Part shown: one piece after another, positions 45,541-55,468 of the stretch
Position numbering within the stretch: the first letter of the stretch is position 1
How the letters are laid out: the number at the start of each line of letters is the position of its first letter
IMG/VR virus record: IMGVR_UViG_3300042557_001137
Location: 1 to 60,910 of that record
Length of the DNA: 60,910 bases
Origin: a virus
Taxonomy: Duplodnaviria; Caudoviricetes
Strand: one strand, 5' to 3'
Translations under genes and position numbers: made by a program
Notes under the pieces: generated by a model
The model's input: only the letters and a program-made list of their open reading frames with translations
Told to the model about the DNA's origin: nothing
Databases searched by the model: none

Positions 45541-45748
45541 AACACGACAGATTGCGTGCCGCGATTGCGACGCACCAGTGCCTGCAGCACGCTGGCAACT
45601 GGGCTATTTCACTTGCTTAATTTGTGGAGAAGCTGAAGCGCGTGCCGTAATACATACAGTACTCCCGTTGCATAAAAGCAACTACATGATGCCTGCTAAC
45701 CGTGAAGAGATCGTAGGCTTCAACAACAAAGGAGGACTGGTCCGTTGA
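45530..45748 (+). CDS. DksA/TraR-like C4 zinc-finger protein
   Basis: CRDC....P.AR..LGY..CLICGE; PLHKSNY. Confidence 0.65.
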   Translation: MDHETRQIACRDCDAPVPAARWQLGYFTCLICGEAEARAVIHTVLPLHKSNYMMPANREEIVGFNNKGGLVR

Positions 45749-45942
45749 AGATCGTTCTGCCTTCACGCAAGAAGCTTTACGGCTGGGACTATCGAAAGGA
45801 CAAACAACTTCACATGACCGGTAAGGAGTGGCACCAATATGCCGATCTTCAACAATTCAAGACCGAACGTGCAGCTGACTCCGCTTGGGGCAACAAATGC
45901 GAAGTATGGCTGGACGGCACTGACATTGCTGGCAAGAAATAA
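45745..45942 (+). CDS. hypothetical protein
   Basis: GGAGG RBS, TTG start overlapping the upstream stop. Confidence 0.55.
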   Translation: MKIVLPSRKKLYGWDYRKDKQLHMTGKEWHQYADLQQFKTERAADSAWGNKCEVWLDGTDIAGKK

Positions 45943-46023
45943 ATGGTCTTTACGACCTGCAATAAGGTCATGGTCAAGAGTTCCTTCGCCCAATTGGGCT
46001 TGTAAACGCAATGGTCAGGAGTA

Positions 46024-46401
46024 TTGGTAATGCGCCAAAACCCGTTTTTCGACACTACACCTTCTACTGTCCCTAAAAAGTTCCTGCCTACATACCGCAA
46101 ACTTATCCCTAAAAACGCAATCGTTGCCGACTTTTGCTGGATAAGCTCGGACATCTTGATAACCGAGTACGACGGACTTTCGTTCGTCAACCCTCGTATC
46201 ATCAAAGGCGATTGGTATCACGATCGCGAATTCATCAGCGAGAAAAACGCTATGCGACTTCATTCGCATCTTCGCATCATCGTAGCCAATTTTGTCCGGC
46301 ATCATTTCATAGACCTGGAATACCTTCACAAATTGCTTGATATCAAAACTGACGAGAATCACGCTTGGATCTACCACAACCACATCCGTCGTAACAACTA
46401 A
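46024..46401 (+). CDS. hypothetical protein (AT-rich)
   Basis: AGGAG RBS. Confidence 0.55.
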   Translation: MVMRQNPFFDTTPSTVPKKFLPTYRKLIPKNAIVADFCWISSDILITEYDGLSFVNPRIIKGDWYHDREFISEKNAMRLHSHLRIIVANFVRHHFIDLEYLHKLLDIKTDENHAWIYHNHIRRNN

Positions 46402-46444
46402 AAACAACGCCGACGCGCATCATTACAATCAAAGAGGTGAAGCC

Positions 46445-46657
46445 GTGAGCGAAGAATTGTTGAAAGCATTGGACGAAGCGGCATATCAGCTGTTCTCTGC
46501 ATACCGAATGCTCGATGCAATCTGCAAAAACGATGAGGCAGACCCGCTAGGCGTAAGTGCCGACCGCATCAAGGCACGGGATAACGCATGGGAAGCGTAC
46601 ATGGCAGCAACAAAAACAAGTCACGCGCATAGATGGGCGCGAGAGGTGAAGCCGTGA
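46445..46657 (+). CDS. cassette gene ending EVKP
   Basis: GTG start within GAGGTGAAGCCGTGA. Confidence 0.7.
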   Translation: MSEELLKALDEAAYQLFSAYRMLDAICKNDEADPLGVSADRIKARDNAWEAYMAATKTSHAHRWAREVKP

Positions 46658-46884
46658 GCACGCAGCCCGAAGCCCTGCGGTTGGCTGACATTATTGGCGG
46701 GGACTGCGCCGCCGAACTGCGCCGCCTGCATACGGCGAACTCAACGCTGTTGAGCGCCTTGCAAAACATCGCCCTCTACACCAGTCAGACGCATCCGGAC
46801 AAAGAAGTGATGGCGCAGGTGTTAGACGAAAATGCGCGAATCGCCCGCGCCGCCATAGCCAAAGCAGAAAAGGTAAAGCCGTGA
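46654..46884 (+). CDS. QPEAL/AAELRRL-family cassette gene
   Basis: GTGA overlap; shares blocks with 46881, 60161 and 60427. Confidence 0.7.
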   Translation: MSTQPEALRLADIIGGDCAAELRRLHTANSTLLSALQNIALYTSQTHPDKEVMAQVLDENARIARAAIAKAEKVKP

Positions 46885-47105
46885 ACAAACAACCTGAAGC
46901 CCTGTGGTTGGCTGATTGGCTTGATGCTGATGCTTGCGACCTGCAAACGCCACGACTTGCCGCCGCCGAACTGCGCCGTCTTTATTCCGTTAACGCGGAA
47001 CTGTTGGAGGCGTTGAAGTGGGCAATAGCCGCATCATACGACGGGCCGATGCCGGATTACGCACGGGACAAAGCCCGCGCTGCCATCAAGAAAGCATATG
47101 ACTAA
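46881..47105 (+). CDS. QPEAL/AAELRRL-family cassette gene
   Basis: GTGA overlap; shared blocks. Confidence 0.7.
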   Translation: MNKQPEALWLADWLDADACDLQTPRLAAAELRRLYSVNAELLEALKWAIAASYDGPMPDYARDKARAAIKKAYD

Positions 47106-47409
47106 GCTCAACACAACATCAGACGATCTGATCTTGATCTGCACCATCAGTATGGCGACTCGAACTGCTCCTATCTTGAAGCACGCGACCAAGTTTTACT
47201 GGAGCCTTTCGACGTTCCGAAACCCGCCAGAAATGGACATAGCCCTGGACACAGTTGCCCGGGAGATGATCATTTATGACGGTCCGGGTTCTTACCTTGC
47301 TGCGGCAAACTACAAAGTCAACGAGCTCATCGGCATAGCTGTGTTAGCGCAGTTCAAGATCACTCTTGTCAAAGAACAATCTGACATGTTCCCTTACCAA
47401 AAGGACTGA
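47098..47409 (+). CDS. hypothetical protein
   Basis: Co-oriented ORF. Confidence 0.55.
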   Translation: MTKLNTTSDDLILICTISMATRTAPILKHATKFYWSLSTFRNPPEMDIALDTVAREMIIYDGPGSYLAAANYKVNELIGIAVLAQFKITLVKEQSDMFPYQKD

Positions 47410-47413
47410 CATC

Positions 47414-47716
47414 ATGATGTTTTTCGCCGGACTCATCGCTGCACTTGGCATGATTTTTCTGCTTTTGAAATTCAATCTTAAACGCATCATCAAATACGAC
47501 ATCATCTTGGACATCGTACTTACGTTCTTTTTCATCTACGCTTTTGCTGGCACTTTCATGGGAATGATGGCTGGCCTTTGGGCTGGCTGCATCATTTCAG
47601 TTTTTCTCTGGGTAGTCAAAAAGTCCATCACTCAAGAAGAGCTTAGATGGATCAAGACACCCAAGTTCCCCTACCGCAAGCTTGCTTGGGTAGAAGTCAT
47701 CAACACCAAACGCTGA
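47414..47716 (+). CDS. three-TM membrane protein
   Basis: Hydrophobic segments; AAGGA RBS. Confidence 0.7.
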   Translation: MMFFAGLIAALGMIFLLLKFNLKRIIKYDIILDIVLTFFFIYAFAGTFMGMMAGLWAGCIISVFLWVVKKSITQEELRWIKTPKFPYRKLAWVEVINTKR

Positions 47717-47746
47717 TCAACTTTCATCTATATAGGAGAACATCCT

Positions 47747-48745
47747 TTGCGTACTATCCGTCCTAAGCAGCTCAAGTCCGAGTTGCGTAGCAATGCAATG
47801 GCAGGCGTTGCCAGCATGATCTGGGGCCCGCCGGGCATCGGCAAGTCCCAGATGGTCTATCAATTCGCTTCCGACCTCAACGCGAAAGTCTTCGAGCTGC
47901 GTGCAAACCTGTTCGATCCTGTCGACGTTCGTGGTGGTCTTAAGGTCGTCGAAACCGAGAACGGCACTTACCGGACCAAATATGGCGTGCCGGAAGATTA
48001 TCCGGACACCTCGTATACGGGCACCGTCGTGCTGTTCATCGACGAACTGCCGAATGCGCCCAAGGCTACGCAGAACGCGCTTCTGCAGCTCATCCTGGAC
48101 CGTCGCATCGGTACTTACGAATTGCCGCCCAACACGATCTTGATCGGCGGCGGCAACCGGGCTCAAGACCGGGCAGCAGTTCACGAAATGCCAAGCACGG
48201 TCAAGAACCGTTTCGCGCATTACACCGTCGAGCCCAACATCGATGACTGGGTCGCATGGGCGTTGCACAACAACATCGACACGAGCATCACGTCGTTCCT
48301 GCGTTACCGGCCGCAATTGCTTCACAGCATCGACCAGCATGACTACGCGTTTCCGTCTCCTCGTACTTGGGAGATGGTCAGCCGCAAGCTGCCGTTCATG
48401 GACGACATGTTCTATGGCGTTGCGTCGTTGGTTGGCGACGGCCCGGCAGGCGAGTATCTCGCGCATCGTGCCATCCACAGCGATCTGCCGGACCTGGATC
48501 AGCTTTTGCTGTCTCCGTCGAGCACGAAGGTGCCGACCGACCCGTCAGCTCTGTACGCTGTGGCGGCAGCATTGGCCCAGCGTGCCACGCCCGCGACTTT
48601 CAGTTCGATCATGCGGTATTGCCGTCGGCTGCCGCGTGAATTCCAGGTCGTCCTTGTCCGTGACTGCGTAGCCAAGGACCGTGCGCTGATCACTGACCAG
48701 GCTTATAAGGACTGGTCGGCGATCCATTCAGACGTTTCGATCTAA
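47747..48745 (+). CDS. MoxR-like AAA+ ATPase
   Basis: WGPPGIGKS Walker A, LFIDE Walker B, GGGNR, NRF, PSPRTWE. Confidence 0.9.
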   Translation: MRTIRPKQLKSELRSNAMAGVASMIWGPPGIGKSQMVYQFASDLNAKVFELRANLFDPVDVRGGLKVVETENGTYRTKYGVPEDYPDTSYTGTVVLFIDELPNAPKATQNALLQLILDRRIGTYELPPNTILIGGGNRAQDRAAVHEMPSTVKNRFAHYTVEPNIDDWVAWALHNNIDTSITSFLRYRPQLLHSIDQHDYAFPSPRTWEMVSRKLPFMDDMFYGVASLVGDGPAGEYLAHRAIHSDLPDLDQLLLSPSSTKVPTDPSALYAVAAALAQRATPATFSSIMRYCRRLPREFQVVLVRDCVAKDRALITDQAYKDWSAIHSDVSI

Positions 48746-48760
48746 CATCAGGAGAACTAC

Positions 48761-49456
48761 ATGGCTTCTGTCCGCATGACGAACGACTTGCGTCGTTCGA
48801 TCCATCAGAAAGCGCTGACGGCGTTTGACGTCGCGCGTCCTGAACCCACGCCAAACGCCTTGCTTACCGAGCAAGTTCGCGACGGCATTCTCAACAGCTT
48901 GGCCTACAAGGTCATGAAGGAGACTTACGCCAACCAGCGTCAGCATTCGTTCAAGAGCTTGGGTGGGTACAACACTTGGGTCCACAGCGAAAACGAGTCT
49001 AAGGTCATCCTTCACAGCGACAACTCTTTTAACCACAACAAGCCGGTTTATAACAACACCCGCATGAACCTTGTGTTCAATCTTGTGCCGAGCATTCCGA
49101 TCTATCGTAACCGTGGTTCCTACCACATCGATTTTTATCACGAAGAGCTCCCAGCTGAGTACCGAGACTTGACTGGTCCTGGCTGCGTTGCGCTTTGCAA
49201 CGAGATCAGGGAGTACAACAACGAGCGTCATCAGTATTCCAGGAAGATCGAGCTGCTTCTTGACCAGGTCACTTCGGTCAAGCAGTTGCTCGAAGCTTGG
49301 CCGGCGGCTGAGTCGTTCGTGCCGTCCGAGTCCATTCAGCGCATGTACGTCAAGGTGACCCGCGCTGAACGAGCCAAGCGAGCTAAGGAAGCCGTCCAGT
49401 TCGACGAACCGGCGGTCAACCAAGTTGTCTTAACCGCTAAGATCATCGGAGCTTAA
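48761..49456 (+). CDS. Nmad5-like (nucleotide modification associated domain 5) protein
   Basis: RMTNDLR..I start and TSVKQLLEAWP..FVP motif. Confidence 0.6.
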   Translation: MASVRMTNDLRRSIHQKALTAFDVARPEPTPNALLTEQVRDGILNSLAYKVMKETYANQRQHSFKSLGGYNTWVHSENESKVILHSDNSFNHNKPVYNNTRMNLVFNLVPSIPIYRNRGSYHIDFYHEELPAEYRDLTGPGCVALCNEIREYNNERHQYSRKIELLLDQVTSVKQLLEAWPAAESFVPSESIQRMYVKVTRAERAKRAKEAVQFDEPAVNQVVLTAKIIGA

Positions 49457-49457
49457 T

Positions 49458-50582
49458 ATGTCGGTCGAAAAGGCCATTGTCAAAGCACGTTCTCAACTTC
49501 TTCTAGACCAACCGTTCTTTGGCACTTTGGCCCTTCGACTTCGTGTCGTCCACGACGATACGGTCGAAACTGCTGCCACTGACGGAAAGCACTTCTATTA
49601 CAACGAGAAGTTCATTTCGAAACTGGACCCGTTCCAGTTGCGCGGACTGATCGCTCACGAAGTCATGCACTGTGTGTTCAACCACATGACGCGTCGCCAA
49701 CAGCGCGAGCAAGGCCGTTGGAACGCAGCTTGTGACTACGCCATAAACGGTTACTTGTTGCACAATGGGTTCATCTTGCCGAAAGGCGGCTTGCATGACC
49801 CGAAGTACAACGACATGACAGCCGAAGCGATCTACAATGTCCTGCCGGCATCCACTAAACCCTGCAAATGGGGCCTGGTACTGGATGCTGGATCTGGTTC
49901 TGGCGCCGACAACATTCAGTCTATTTCCCCGGCGCAGCTGGAAGCAGAGTGGCAAATTTCAATCGGGCAGGCGATTCAAACCGCCAAGTCCCGGGGCAAA
50001 CTGCCAGCCAATATGGAGCTGCTTGTCAGCGACATCTTGTCTCCGCGCATCGATTGGCGTACCGTCCTTTGGCCGTTCTTCACAGATCTCAGTCACGACA
50101 ACTACAATTGGCGTAAGCCTAACCGGGCTTACATCTCTGAAGACGAGTACTTGCCGTCTATGCTTGAAGAAGCATGCGGCAAGATTGCCGTGATCAACGA
50201 TTCAAGCGGTTCGATCAACGACTCGCAAGGCGCCCAGTTCATCTCTGAATTGGATGCCGTGTTGGAACAAGTACAGCCGTCTCAGATAGTTTACATCCAA
50301 GCCGATTGCGCGGTGCGCGATGTCAAGCTGTTTGAACGCGGCGATAGGATCAAGGATCAACAGCTTACGTTCAAGGGCCGTGGCGGCACGGCCTTCGCTC
50401 CTGCGTTCAAGTACCTCTTCGAAGAGCACCAGGATGTGCAAGCCGTCGTTTACTTGACGGATCTCGATTCTGGGGACTTTAACGAAGCCGAAAAGTACAC
50501 GACTTGTCCAGTGCTCTGGGTTTCGGTCGAACCCCGAGCCGTAGCCCCGTTCGGGACAACCGTGTACATGCCGCCAGTTTGA
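49458..50582 (+). CDS. HExxH metallopeptidase-vWA protein (DUF2201-like)
   Basis: PFFG, TAATDG, AHEVMH, WNAACDYAIN, DSSGS MIDAS, GRGGT.F.P.F, YLTD. Confidence 0.88.
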   Translation: MSVEKAIVKARSQLLLDQPFFGTLALRLRVVHDDTVETAATDGKHFYYNEKFISKLDPFQLRGLIAHEVMHCVFNHMTRRQQREQGRWNAACDYAINGYLLHNGFILPKGGLHDPKYNDMTAEAIYNVLPASTKPCKWGLVLDAGSGSGADNIQSISPAQLEAEWQISIGQAIQTAKSRGKLPANMELLVSDILSPRIDWRTVLWPFFTDLSHDNYNWRKPNRAYISEDEYLPSMLEEACGKIAVINDSSGSINDSQGAQFISELDAVLEQVQPSQIVYIQADCAVRDVKLFERGDRIKDQQLTFKGRGGTAFAPAFKYLFEEHQDVQAVVYLTDLDSGDFNEAEKYTTCPVLWVSVEPRAVAPFGTTVYMPPV

Positions 50583-50632
50583 TTCAGTGGCTGTCTTCAG
50601 CTACTCTCATGCAATACCAGGAAGGAGTCCAA

Positions 50633-50848
50633 ATGGCCAAGCGTGCCCCTGACGTTTTTCCGCGAACTGTCACTACCAGAAACAAAGTCAACATCGCTTC
50701 GCTTACGATCGTTCTTGCTGAATTAAGCAAAGACGACGAGCTGCGTGAGCAGGCAAACAAGATGCTTGACCGGTTGTACAGGAAGTCTCAACGACGCGCC
50801 GTAAGCCGCGCGCTTGCTGTAGCTCATGTTCTCGAGATCGATAACTGA
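50633..50848 (+). CDS. hypothetical protein
   Basis: AAGGAG RBS before ATG 50633. Confidence 0.7.
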   Translation: MAKRAPDVFPRTVTTRNKVNIASLTIVLAELSKDDELREQANKMLDRLYRKSQRRAVSRALAVAHVLEIDN

Positions 50849-50850
50849 TC

Positions 50851-52662
50851 ATGCTTGTCACCCTTGATTTCGAGACGTACTACGACACCAAGTGCAGTCT
50901 CACCAAAATGACCACGATGGAGTACGTCAAACACGAGTCTTTTCTCGTGTGGGGCGTTGGCGTCAAAGTCGATTCTGAGCCTGCTGAATGGTATGGCGCG
51001 GATGAAGTTGAAGACGCTTTGCGCGCTTTCAACTGGGACGACGTCGATCTTCTGTGCCACAACACGATGTTCGACGGATACATCCTTGCTAGGTTGTACA
51101 ACATCAAGCCTCGCAGCTATTTGGATACAGCCGCCATGTCCCGTGGCCGGTTTCCGACCCAGTCTGCTTCATTGAAAGACTTGGCTGTTCGGTTGTTTCC
51201 AAACGACACCACCAAGCGCAAAGGCGAAGACCTTGTAAAAGCCAAAGGATTGGTCACTCTGCCGCCAGACGTCGAAGAAGCCTTGGCAAGTTATTGCATC
51301 AAAGACGTCGAACTTACGTACGAATCGTACTTGGTATTGGCCAAAGACTATCCGCAAAGCGAACTTGAGCTGATCAGCTTGGTAACCGACATGTTCTGCA
51401 ACCCCGTGTTGCATGTTGACTTGCCGCGTTTGGCCAAGTACCACGACCAAGAAATCGCCCGCACCCTGCAATCAATCGCCAATTCCGGACTTACTCGAGA
51501 AGAACTTGCCGCCAATCTGAAGTTCAAAAAGCACTTGGAAAGTTTAGGCATCACTCCGCCTACCAAGAAAAGCCTGACCACAGGTCAAATGATCCCAGCT
51601 TTTGGCAAAAACGACGCCGGGTGGAAACAGCTTTGTGCCATGTATCCGCAGCATCAAGCGCTTTGGGACGCCCGCACAGCTGTGAAATCACGCATCGCCG
51701 AGACCCGGGCTAAGCGCTTCATCGACGTTGCGCATTCTGACGGCACCATTAGCGTACCTTTGCGATACTACGCTGCGCACACTGGCCGTTTCGGCGGCAC
51801 AGAAAAGATCAATCTCCAGAACTTGCCTCGCAGCAGCGAGCTTCGCAAGTGCTTGATCGCGCCGCCAGACCATTTGGTCTACGTCGCTGACTTGTCCAAC
51901 ATCGAAGCCCGCATGCTTGCCTGGCTTGCAGGGCAACATGACCTGCTTCAGCAGTTCGCAAGAGGTGAGGATATATACAGTAACTTCGCCTCCAAGATCT
52001 ACAACAGACCCATTAACAAGCAGCACAACCCGACAGAACGTTTTGTCGGCAAAACGGCCATTCTTGGCTTGGGCTATGGCATGGGTCACAACAAGTTCAA
52101 GGCTACTTTGGAGTCTGGGGCTGCTGGCCCAGCTATGCAGATCTCGGAAAACGAAGCTCTCAACGTAGTCCAGACTTACCGTAGCACGTACGACCAAATA
52201 CCCGTGCTATGGGCCCGTATGGAAAACCTTTTGAAATTGTCTCTCCACCGAGACAATTACGGCGTTCGTTACCGAGACGTCCTAGAAGTTCAGGAGCGAG
52301 CGTTGTTTATGCCCAACGGGATGGCCCTGCGGTATGACAACTTACAAATGTCGCCCCAGGGACTTACGTACAACGTTCGCGGCTATGTACAGGAAATGAC
52401 TTACGGCGGCCGGATCACCGAGAACGTCGTTCAAGCCCTGTCACGCATTGTTGTCACCGATTCGATGCTACGCCTTAACAAGAAGCTTGACAACGGTAAA
52501 GTGGCTTTAAGCGTCCACGACGAAATTGTTGTAGTTGCTTCGGATGAAGATCCAGATGCTACAATGCAGCTGATTCTTAACGATCTTTGCACGCCACCGA
52601 CATGGGCCCAGGATTTGCCGCTTTCGGCTGAAGGCGGATACGACAGGATGTATAGCAAGTAA
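50851..52662 (+). CDS. polA: family A DNA polymerase with 3'-5' exonuclease
   Basis: LDFET and HN..FD exonuclease motifs; HTGR, NLQNLP, DLSNIEAR (motif A), R..GK..ILGLGYG (motif B), VHDE (motif C). Confidence 0.93.
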   Translation: MLVTLDFETYYDTKCSLTKMTTMEYVKHESFLVWGVGVKVDSEPAEWYGADEVEDALRAFNWDDVDLLCHNTMFDGYILARLYNIKPRSYLDTAAMSRGRFPTQSASLKDLAVRLFPNDTTKRKGEDLVKAKGLVTLPPDVEEALASYCIKDVELTYESYLVLAKDYPQSELELISLVTDMFCNPVLHVDLPRLAKYHDQEIARTLQSIANSGLTREELAANLKFKKHLESLGITPPTKKSLTTGQMIPAFGKNDAGWKQLCAMYPQHQALWDARTAVKSRIAETRAKRFIDVAHSDGTISVPLRYYAAHTGRFGGTEKINLQNLPRSSELRKCLIAPPDHLVYVADLSNIEARMLAWLAGQHDLLQQFARGEDIYSNFASKIYNRPINKQHNPTERFVGKTAILGLGYGMGHNKFKATLESGAAGPAMQISENEALNVVQTYRSTYDQIPVLWARMENLLKLSLHRDNYGVRYRDVLEVQERALFMPNGMALRYDNLQMSPQGLTYNVRGYVQEMTYGGRITENVVQALSRIVVTDSMLRLNKKLDNGKVALSVHDEIVVVASDEDPDATMQLILNDLCTPPTWAQDLPLSAEGGYDRMYSK

Positions 52663-52892
52663 TGGCACGCCTTGTTCTAACTCGCCGACTCAACGAGTCT
52701 GTCATTGTTCACATTGACGGACAGGTTGTTGCCACCGTCAAGCTATCACGCCTTGACCACAACAGCGCTCGGCTTACTTTTGTAGCCGATCCTTCGGTCT
52801 CTATCGACCGAGAAGAGATCTACGAGCGCAACAAGTCCGCCATGAAACAGCAGCAAGAGGTCGAAGAAGCCTGGAACCAGGCCATCAAGTAA
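52662..52892 (+). CDS. csrA: CsrA/RsmA-like RNA-binding regulator
   Basis: LVLTRR..ESVI..RL...A...VSIDREEIYER aligns with the CsrA consensus. Confidence 0.8.
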   Translation: MARLVLTRRLNESVIVHIDGQVVATVKLSRLDHNSARLTFVADPSVSIDREEIYERNKSAMKQQQEVEEAWNQAIK

Positions 52893-52909
52893 CCGCTGCC
52901 GAGGGGTTC

Positions 52910-55453
52910 ATGAAAATCACGTTTTTGGAAGCTGCCAACGGAACGCCGTTGGGCAAGCACTATCCTGTCAAAGGAGATGTCACTCCTTATCCCCACGTCA
53001 AAGACGTCACTTCTCACGAGTACGACATCAAAGTCTCGCAAGCTGGCTTGCAAGACCTTGAAAACATGATCCGTCAGCATGCCGCTCTTGGGCATTGCAT
53101 GTTGAAAGGTCCATTGAAACGCCCGTTGGTAGCAGAAAGCCGCGCTCAAAAAAGCGATCGCTTGGCTCTTACGGGCTTGCTGGTGCTTGACTTTGACGCC
53201 ATCAGCATTCCTAGGCGCATCGTCCGTTCCAACAAGCTGACGGCCAACGACGTACAGCTTATAGCAGAACAGATCATCGCAGATCTGCCTAGCTCATTGC
53301 ATGACGTCAGCTACATTGCGCAGGCATCAGCCAGTTTTGGGCTAAAGGGCGACCGCATTTCGATGCACATTTTCATGTTGTTGACTGTTCCGATGCCACC
53401 TAAGTCAGTAAAGCTGTGGCTCCAGAACATCAACTACACTGTTCCTTTGTTCAAGGACCAAGTGTTGTTGAGCGTCAACGGACAGTCATTGAAACACCCG
53501 CTTGACACTTCTGTCGCGGACAACAGCAAGCTCATCTTCATTGCACCTCCGGTGTTTGAAGATCCTAGCAGCAACCCTTTTGTGACTGACACTGACCGTA
53601 TTGTACGAGTAGACAGAAGCCGTGCTTCGTTCGATCTTGCGGCGCTCATGAACGCCCTCAACCCGGAGTCTTGCTTTGCTCTTGGGCAGCAGATCAAAGA
53701 TGAGCTTCGGCAGAAAAGCGGTATCAAGAAAAAAACCGCTAGGCTGCAGACTCTGACGATCGACTATCAAGCCCAGGAAGTCTTGTTGAACCCCGACAAG
53801 ATGTCCATCAGCATCGTCGACAGCGGTAGCATCCCTTTTGTTCGTTGCAACATCAACGGCGGAGACAGCGGAGCTTACTATTTCAATATCGAGCGTCCGA
53901 AGTACATGTACAACTTCAAGGACGAACCGATTTTCGAGATCGAAAAAGCCGACCGCGAGTTCTACAAGAGCATCTTTGAGATATTCAAGACCCATCTGGA
54001 AAAAAGCGGCAAAGCCCAGTATCCGGTAGTCCTTCGTGATTACTACACAGACGTTTACTACAACGGCGTTTACGACCCTAATCTGAACCAATTCACCGAA
54101 GACTACCCGCTTGTTCCTACAAGCAAGAACAGCATAGCCAGTTTCATGATGAGCCACGGTTATCCTGAACCCGATTACGTACGCGACGCGCGCGTCGTGT
54201 TCGATCCGACCCTCAATAGTCCGTCAATCGACCTGGATAACGTCCCGTATTTCGTCAACATGTACCGCAAGACCAAGTACATGCTTGACCCGAAACTTCC
54301 GACCAAAGCCCTGGACTTTGGCCATGCAACACTGATCAAGCCGCACTGCCCTCGCATCTGCACTTTGCTGCATCATGTGCTGGGCAACGGCAATGAAGAG
54401 TTTGAGCGCTTCATCAATTGGCTTGCTTACATTTTCCAAACCCGGCAAAAAGCCAAGACTGCATGGGTGTTGGGAGGCGTTCCAGGAACAGGCAAAGGCC
54501 TGTTCTACAGCAAGGTGCTTCGGCCGTTGTTCGGCCCAGAGCACGTGCCTATGCGTTCGCTGCAGAATATCGAAGAGCATTTCAATCTCTACATGCGCAA
54601 CGCTTTGTTCTTGATTGTCGACGAGTTCCATATGGCGTCTTCGTCCATCGGCGCCATGAAGATCGCCGACAAGCTCAAGAACCAGATCACAGAAGACACG
54701 CTTACGATTCGCGCTATGCGCACCAACCAGATCGAAGTCCCGAATTACACCAGCTTCATCTTCCTTACCAACCGCAACGATGCGGTAAAGATCGAAGCAG
54801 GGGACCGGAGATACAATATCCCGCCGCGCCAAGAGCAGCGGCTTGAAGAAGCACATCCTCAGATCTTGAAAGAGTTGCCTCAGCTGGAAGCCGAGCTTGA
54901 TGCGTTTGCCGGATACCTTGCGACTTTCAAGGTCAACGAACGATTGGTGCACACTTGCATCGACAACACTTCGAAAGACCAGATGCGTCAAGTGTCTATG
55001 TCCGTCTTGGAAGAATTCAGTCAAGCGGTCAAGACAGGCGACCTCGGCTTTTTCAGCGACATCCTTGACATCAATACGGCCAATGCGTTCAACATGAACG
55101 AAGTGGCCACTGCGCAGCGCATTGTCAAAACCTGGATTGCCGGGGCAAAAGAGCCATTTTGCATGGTTCCTATGGAGCATCTTCGCACCGTGTTCCACGT
55201 CCAGACTGAGCAGAACCCCCGCTTGTCTCAGCGAGAGTTTCTTAAGCAAATGAGCCGTAACGGTATCGCCCTTGGGCGGCGGCGCAACCCTAATGCCAGC
55301 AGAGACTCTTCTCCTGTTCGGGGCGTCATGATCAACTGGCAAACCGATGAACTCGAAGTCCAACGGCTGATCAACCAGTATTTTGACGCTACCGACCAAC
55401 GACAGTTGTTGCGCGAACAAGACATTGGTTATACTGCGGAGGTCAACAACTGA
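52910..55453 (+). CDS. primase-helicase (SF3/DUF5906-like C-terminus)
   Basis: N-terminal VLDFD..H primase-like motifs; GVPGTGKG Walker A, LIVDE, FLTN..DRRY. Confidence 0.85.
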   Translation: MKITFLEAANGTPLGKHYPVKGDVTPYPHVKDVTSHEYDIKVSQAGLQDLENMIRQHAALGHCMLKGPLKRPLVAESRAQKSDRLALTGLLVLDFDAISIPRRIVRSNKLTANDVQLIAEQIIADLPSSLHDVSYIAQASASFGLKGDRISMHIFMLLTVPMPPKSVKLWLQNINYTVPLFKDQVLLSVNGQSLKHPLDTSVADNSKLIFIAPPVFEDPSSNPFVTDTDRIVRVDRSRASFDLAALMNALNPESCFALGQQIKDELRQKSGIKKKTARLQTLTIDYQAQEVLLNPDKMSISIVDSGSIPFVRCNINGGDSGAYYFNIERPKYMYNFKDEPIFEIEKADREFYKSIFEIFKTHLEKSGKAQYPVVLRDYYTDVYYNGVYDPNLNQFTEDYPLVPTSKNSIASFMMSHGYPEPDYVRDARVVFDPTLNSPSIDLDNVPYFVNMYRKTKYMLDPKLPTKALDFGHATLIKPHCPRICTLLHHVLGNGNEEFERFINWLAYIFQTRQKAKTAWVLGGVPGTGKGLFYSKVLRPLFGPEHVPMRSLQNIEEHFNLYMRNALFLIVDEFHMASSSIGAMKIADKLKNQITEDTLTIRAMRTNQIEVPNYTSFIFLTNRNDAVKIEAGDRRYNIPPRQEQRLEEAHPQILKELPQLEAELDAFAGYLATFKVNERLVHTCIDNTSKDQMRQVSMSVLEEFSQAVKTGDLGFFSDILDINTANAFNMNEVATAQRIVKTWIAGAKEPFCMVPMEHLRTVFHVQTEQNPRLSQREFLKQMSRNGIALGRRRNPNASRDSSPVRGVMINWQTDELEVQRLINQYFDATDQRQLLREQDIGYTAEVNN

Positions 55454-55468
55454 CCTTAGCAGGACGCC

